Assembly: GCA_007118795.1 (NCBI GenBank)
Contig: SKQX01000195.1
Location: 1 to 38,403 of the forward strand
Direction: 5' to 3'
Length of the DNA stretch: 38,403 nt
Source of the DNA: Thermoflexales bacterium
GTDB lineage: Bacteria; Chloroflexota; Anaerolineae; B4-G1
This document shows positions 34,954-38,403 of the stretch, in pieces. Under the pieces are notes generated by a model. It did no database searches. It saw only the letters and a program-made list of their open reading frames with translations, and was not told where the DNA came from. The stretch's first letter is position 1. Each line of letters begins with the position of its first letter. A program made the position numbers and the translations under genes.

Positions 34954-35958
34954 ATGAGAGCTATGATCCTGCGCAGACCATCCCCGGTGGAGGAGCGACC
35001 ACTGGAGCTGACTGAACTGCCGCTGCCGAACCCCGGGCCTGGCCAGGTCCGAATTGACATCGATGTCTGCGGCATTTGCCACACGGACCTCCACACGGTG
35101 GAGGGAGATCTGGATCTACCGAAGCTTCCCATCGTACCGGGCCATCAGGTGGTGGGCACGGTGACGAAACGAGGCGAGGGCGCTGACCGGCACCAGATTG
35201 GCGACCGGGTAGGCGTTGCCTGGCTTCACCACGTCTCGTGCGCTGATTGTGAGTATTGTGAGCGGGGACGGGAGAACCTCTGCTCCGGCGCAAGGTTCAC
35301 GGGGCTGCACGTCAACGGGGGCTACGCGGAGGCGATGTTGGCCTATGAGGACTTCGCCTACCCGATCCCAAGGGTCTTCTCTGACCTGGAGGCTGCGCCG
35401 CTGCTGTGCGGGGGGATCATCGGCTATCGTGCCCTGAAGCTCAGCGAAGTTCAGCCGGGCGAGCGGCTAGGCCTGTATGGATTCGGTAGCTCGGCCCACG
35501 TGACGATTCAGGTGGCCCTCCACTGGGGCTGCGAGGTCTATGTCTACACGCGCAGTGAAGGACATCGGCGTTTGGCGCGGGATCTGGGCGCCGTATGGGT
35601 CGGTGGCGCTGAGGACAGCCCCCCCGAGAAGATGCACTCGAGTATCATCTTCGCCCCAGCCGGCTGGATCGTCCCCGAGGCCTTGCGAGATCTTGATCGA
35701 GGCGGTACCCTGGCCCTGGCCGGCGTGACGATGACACCGATTCCCGAACTGGATTACGACGAACTGCTCTATTGGGAGCGCGGGATCCGAAGCGTCGCCA
35801 ACTTCACCCGCCAGGACGCCCAGGAACTGCTCGAGGTGGCCGCCGAAATCCCGATTCAGACCACCGTGGAGAGTTTCCGTCTGGGTCAGGCTAACCGAGC
35901 GCTGCTGGCCCTGAAGCGGAGCGAGATCGACGGGTCAGGCGTGTTGACCATGGACTAG
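34954..35958 (+). CDS. Zinc-dependent alcohol dehydrogenase (MDR family)
   Basis: It has the catalytic zinc motif CGICHTDLHTVEG, the structural zinc cysteines CADCEYCERGRENLC, and the Rossmann motif LYGFGSSAH. Confidence 0.9.
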   Translation: MRAMILRRPSPVEERPLELTELPLPNPGPGQVRIDIDVCGICHTDLHTVEGDLDLPKLPIVPGHQVVGTVTKRGEGADRHQIGDRVGVAWLHHVSCADCEYCERGRENLCSGARFTGLHVNGGYAEAMLAYEDFAYPIPRVFSDLEAAPLLCGGIIGYRALKLSEVQPGERLGLYGFGSSAHVTIQVALHWGCEVYVYTRSEGHRRLARDLGAVWVGGAEDSPPEKMHSSIIFAPAGWIVPEALRDLDRGGTLALAGVTMTPIPELDYDELLYWERGIRSVANFTRQDAQELLEVAAEIPIQTTVESFRLGQANRALLALKRSEIDGSGVLTMD

Positions 35959-36076
35959 CGAGCTGGTGGTACCGGTGCAGCCCGTCGCGGTGCAGACGAC
36001 CGGCGCTGCGGATGTCGCCAGGCGCACATCGATCCGGTTCCCGGATAGAAAGGAAGCGCCAGGGTCTAACAGGCGG

Positions 36077-37096
36077 TCACTCAGCCCAGAATGGGTCCCT
36101 CGTGTACTTGAGACCGCCATCGGGGAGCAGGGTCACCAGGAGCCCCCGAGTTAAGGTCCTACCGACCCGCAGAGCTGCTGCCACAGCTGCCCCGGACGAG
36201 ACACCCACAAAGAGTCCCTCGTTGCGCGCCAGTCGACGGGCCACATCGCGGGCCTCCTCGGTACTGATTGCCTGGATCAGATCCACCAGACTCGGGTCGT
36301 AAGTGCCGGGCAGATCCGCCGTCTTCAGGTGCTTCAGCCCGGAGATTCCGTGCCGGGGCCTGTCAGGCTGTACACCGACCAGTTGCACATCGTGGTTCCG
36401 CGCCCTGAGATAAGCACCCACTCCCGTCATCGTGCCGCCGGTACCCAGGCCAGCGACGAAGTGTGTGATCCGTCCGCCAGTTTGTGCCCAGATCTCCGGC
36501 CCCGTGGACGTGGCGTGGGCCAACGGATTGGCCGGATTGTTATACTGATCCGCGTGGAAGAAGCGGGCAGGCTGCCTGTGGGCCAACCGCTGTGCAGCCT
36601 GACGGGCCCCCTCGGTCCGATTCGCTGGGTCGGTGAAGACGAGCTGAGCTCCGTAGGCACGCAAGATCTGCACCCGCTCCAGACTGACGTCGGCCGGCAG
36701 CATTAGCTGGACGGGAAAACCTAAAGCCGCGCCCAGCATGGCGTAGGCGATACCGGTGTTTCCCGACGTGGCGTCGAGCAGGGTCCTGCCGCGGGCCAGA
36801 TTCCCACGGCAGAGGGCCCGGCGAACGATGAGAAGGGCAGGCCGATCCTTGACGCTTCCGCCCGGATTGAGGCCTTCGAGCTTGACGTGGAGGGCGACCT
36901 CAGGAGCCAGCGCGCCCGTCACTCGCTTGAGCGGGACCAACGGTGTGTTCCCAATGAGCGATACAACCGTGGGAGTGCTGGGCTCCTGCGGGGGCGAGGG
37001 TTGGAGGTGCTGGCCCCCTTCGGGGACAAATGGATGTTCGCTTTCGTGCAAAGCGGCAATAGTTTGCCGCAGTTCGAGCTGGTGCGCTCTGTGCAT
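36077..37096 (-). CDS. PLP-dependent cysteine synthase family protein (CysK/CysM/CBS-like) with a ~45-aa N-terminal extension
   Basis: Motifs are IGNTPLVPL, the PLP lysine in NPGGSVKDRPAL, SGNTGIAYA and GTGGTMTG. I prefer the ATG at 37096, preceded by GGGAGGAAACG, over the track GTG at 37219. Confidence 0.85.
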   Translation of the reverse strand: MHRAHQLELRQTIAALHESEHPFVPEGGQHLQPSPPQEPSTPTVVSLIGNTPLVPLKRVTGALAPEVALHVKLEGLNPGGSVKDRPALLIVRRALCRGNLARGRTLLDATSGNTGIAYAMLGAALGFPVQLMLPADVSLERVQILRAYGAQLVFTDPANRTEGARQAAQRLAHRQPARFFHADQYNNPANPLAHATSTGPEIWAQTGGRITHFVAGLGTGGTMTGVGAYLRARNHDVQLVGVQPDRPRHGISGLKHLKTADLPGTYDPSLVDLIQAISTEEARDVARRLARNEGLFVGVSSGAAVAAALRVGRTLTRGLLVTLLPDGGLKYTRDPFWAE

Positions 37097-37123
37097 CGTT
37101 TCCTCCCATCTCACCCAGGCCAG

Positions 37124-37207
37124 ACACAAAAGAAGCCAACCTCCACCGCTGGCGAAGGCCCTCACAGAAAGCTCGGCGAGGGCGCTAACGCCTTTGGCCC
37201 GGTTGGC
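37124..37207 (-). terminator. Terminator-like or attenuator-like structure inside the leader of the cysteine-synthase-like gene
   Basis: On the minus strand GCCAACC (37207-37201) pairs with GGTTGGC (37141-37135), followed by TTCTTTTGTGT (37134-37124). An overlapping alternative 9-bp pairing is CCCAGGCCA (37212-37204) with TGGCCTGGG (37122-37114). Confidence 0.35.
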
Positions 37208-37324
37208 CTGGGAAGACACGAGAAGCCCGGAGCCTAGGCCATCAACCCCCTCGCTCCGAACAGATGCAGATTATCGGTAGAACCATGTCGTACATATCCC
37301 TTGTATGTATCAAAGCTGAGGAGC

Positions 37325-37352
37325 ATTATACAGCTTTCTGCTCCAGAGTCAA
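37325..37352 (-). promoter_or_regulatory. Sigma70-type promoter TTGACT-N16-TATAAT (minus strand) immediately after the hypE stop
   Basis: Plus-strand AGTCAA at 37347-37352 and ATTATA at 37325-37330 are minus-strand TTGACT and TATAAT. The predicted transcription start is near 37318, about 220 nt upstream of the ATG at 37096. Confidence 0.5.
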
Positions 37353-37354
37353 AC

Positions 37355-38368
37355 TTAGCAGATGCGCGGGAGTAGCTCGCCGAGGGGCATATCCACCACG
37401 CGGCGACCGCCGATACCGGTCCGGGCGAGGACCAATCCCGGGTGCTCCTCGGTCACGAAACCAATGCGCGCTGCGTTCCGGCCCAGAGGGTGTGCGTGCA
37501 AGGCTGCCAGTGCCGCGCGCGATTCGTTGGGTGGGACAAGGACGACCATCTTCCCCTCGTTGGCGACGGTCAGCGGATCGAATCCCATCATCTCACAGGC
37601 AGCTGCCACGGCAGGGCGCACGGGCACCTGGCCCTCCTCAATCTCTATTCCGACCGCAGATGTTTGCGCCAGCTCGTTCAGTGCTGCGGCCAGTCCCCCG
37701 CGGGTAGGGTCGCGCAGGCAGTGTACATGGGGTGCCGCCACCAGCAGTGACTCAACCAAACCATTCAGCGCGGCACTGTCCGAAAGAAGATCCGTCTCGA
37801 AAGCCAATCCCTCGCGCTTGCTCAGCACCGCAATCCCGTGATCACCCATGGTGCCGCTGAGGAGTACGACATCGCCGGGCCGGGCGCGGTCCGGCCCGAT
37901 CATCACGCCGTCCGGCACCACCCCCACTCCGGCGGTGTTAATGTATATGCCGTCACCGTGGCCCCTCTCGACTACCTTCGTGTCTCCTGCCACGATCTGA
38001 ACCGAGGCCTCCCAGACGGCCTCCGCCATGGACTGAACCACTCGTTCCAGTGTCGCCATCGGCAGGCCTTCCTCCAAGATGAAGGCGGCAGTCAGCCAAA
38101 GAGGGCGAGCACCACTCATCGCGACATCGTTGACGGTACCGTGAACTGCCAAGGAGCCGATGTCGCCCCCAGGGAAGATGAGCGGGCGCACCGTGTAGGA
38201 GTCCGTCGAAACCGCCAATCGACACTTCCCGTGAGTTGGATCCATCACGGCGGAGTCGGCCATCTGACGCAGGTACGGATTGTCCAGGGGGATGGCGAAC
38301 ATCTCGCGGATCAGGTCGTTCATCATCTTGCCGCCGGCACCGTGGGCCAGCCGAATGACATCTTCCAT
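37355..38368 (-). CDS. hypE: [NiFe]-hydrogenase maturation protein HypE
   Basis: This is a PurM-like fold: LAHGAGGKMMNDLI, STDSYTV, PGGDIGSLAVHGTVNDVAMSGA, GDTKVV. The diagnostic C-terminus is PRIC. An upstream ORF on the same strand ends just before it (stop at 38380 or 38375) and runs off the window. HypD would be the usual neighbour, but the tail is too short to identify. Confidence 0.92.
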   Translation of the reverse strand: MEDVIRLAHGAGGKMMNDLIREMFAIPLDNPYLRQMADSAVMDPTHGKCRLAVSTDSYTVRPLIFPGGDIGSLAVHGTVNDVAMSGARPLWLTAAFILEEGLPMATLERVVQSMAEAVWEASVQIVAGDTKVVERGHGDGIYINTAGVGVVPDGVMIGPDRARPGDVVLLSGTMGDHGIAVLSKREGLAFETDLLSDSAALNGLVESLLVAAPHVHCLRDPTRGGLAAALNELAQTSAVGIEIEEGQVPVRPAVAAACEMMGFDPLTVANEGKMVVLVPPNESRAALAALHAHPLGRNAARIGFVTEEHPGLVLARTGIGGRRVVDMPLGELLPRIC

Positions 38369-38403
38369 GACCCGTTAGCTCATCCCTTCACGGGCGTCAC
38401 CAC

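Noticed and set aside
37140-37165. T-box-like GGTGGA (UGGA would match a U73 discriminator such as tRNA-Cys) in the cysteine-synthase leader.
   Set aside because: The rest of the 14-nt T-box consensus (AGGGUGGNACCGCG) is not matched. The motif also sits in the wrong position relative to the terminator stem for an antiterminator bulge.
38369-38403. Tail of an upstream minus-strand ORF (ends ...VVTPVKG* or ...GDAREGMS*), possibly hypD.
   Set aside because: Only 8-9 codons are visible and two frames are possible, so no identification can be supported.
1-38403. I searched by eye for CRISPR repeats, tRNA T-arm motifs (GGTTCGAATCC and its complement), rRNA, IS inverted repeats, and integrase, transposase or reverse transcriptase genes.
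   Set aside because: None found. The only exact repeat is the 16-mer tandem at 1461-1494, and the only accessory-type genes are the brnT/brnA pair.

Overview
This is a GC-rich (roughly 60%) bacterial chromosomal segment. The gene content and a Gram-positive-type LexA box suggest a Chloroflexota-like or other monoderm-lineage genome; that placement is inference only. I support about 31 protein genes, almost all housekeeping or signalling.

Genes in order along the window:
- An edge-truncated DUF348/G5/beta-propeller lipoprotein, missing from the ORF track because it has no stop inside the window.
- An M24 Xaa-Pro peptidase and a small SHOCT/LiaX-like protein.
- A STAS, RsbW-like kinase and six-GAF PP2C phosphatase operon with no sigma factor.
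- A VOC/glyoxalase gene, then the tdh-kbl threonine-to-glycine operon.
- A GH36 alpha-galactosidase and a membrane PP2C sensor.
- nth, yraN, miaA and a GNAT acetyltransferase.
- A 7TM-GAF-HTH membrane protein and an S1-domain protein.
- ftsK, then an untracked 48-aa topoisomerase-type zinc-ribbon ORF.
- dinB, a DUF1622 membrane protein, and a LexA-box-controlled imuB-dnaE2 cassette.
- nudC and a DUF72 gene.
- A brnT/brnA toxin-antitoxin pair whose toxin is frameshifted.
- osmC, a Zn-dependent alcohol dehydrogenase, a cysteine-synthase-family gene and hypE.

I found no rRNA, tRNA, CRISPR array, transposase, integrase or recognisable defence gene.

The most unusual signal is a roughly 490-nt ORF-free stretch (8039-8530). 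It starts just downstream of a near-consensus promoter and is closed by a 13/14 long-range helix, so it is a candidate large structured RNA or giant leader that I cannot assign to any known class.

Secondary points of interest:
- The zinc-ribbon ORF lies in frame behind the ftsK stop and overlaps the likely dinB start in GTGA.
- A structured roughly 220-nt leader precedes the cysteine-synthase-like gene.
- The partner-switching module has no sigma factor.
- The 7TM-GAF protein carries a sigma-region-4-like HTH.

All family assignments come from motif recognition by eye. No database search was run.
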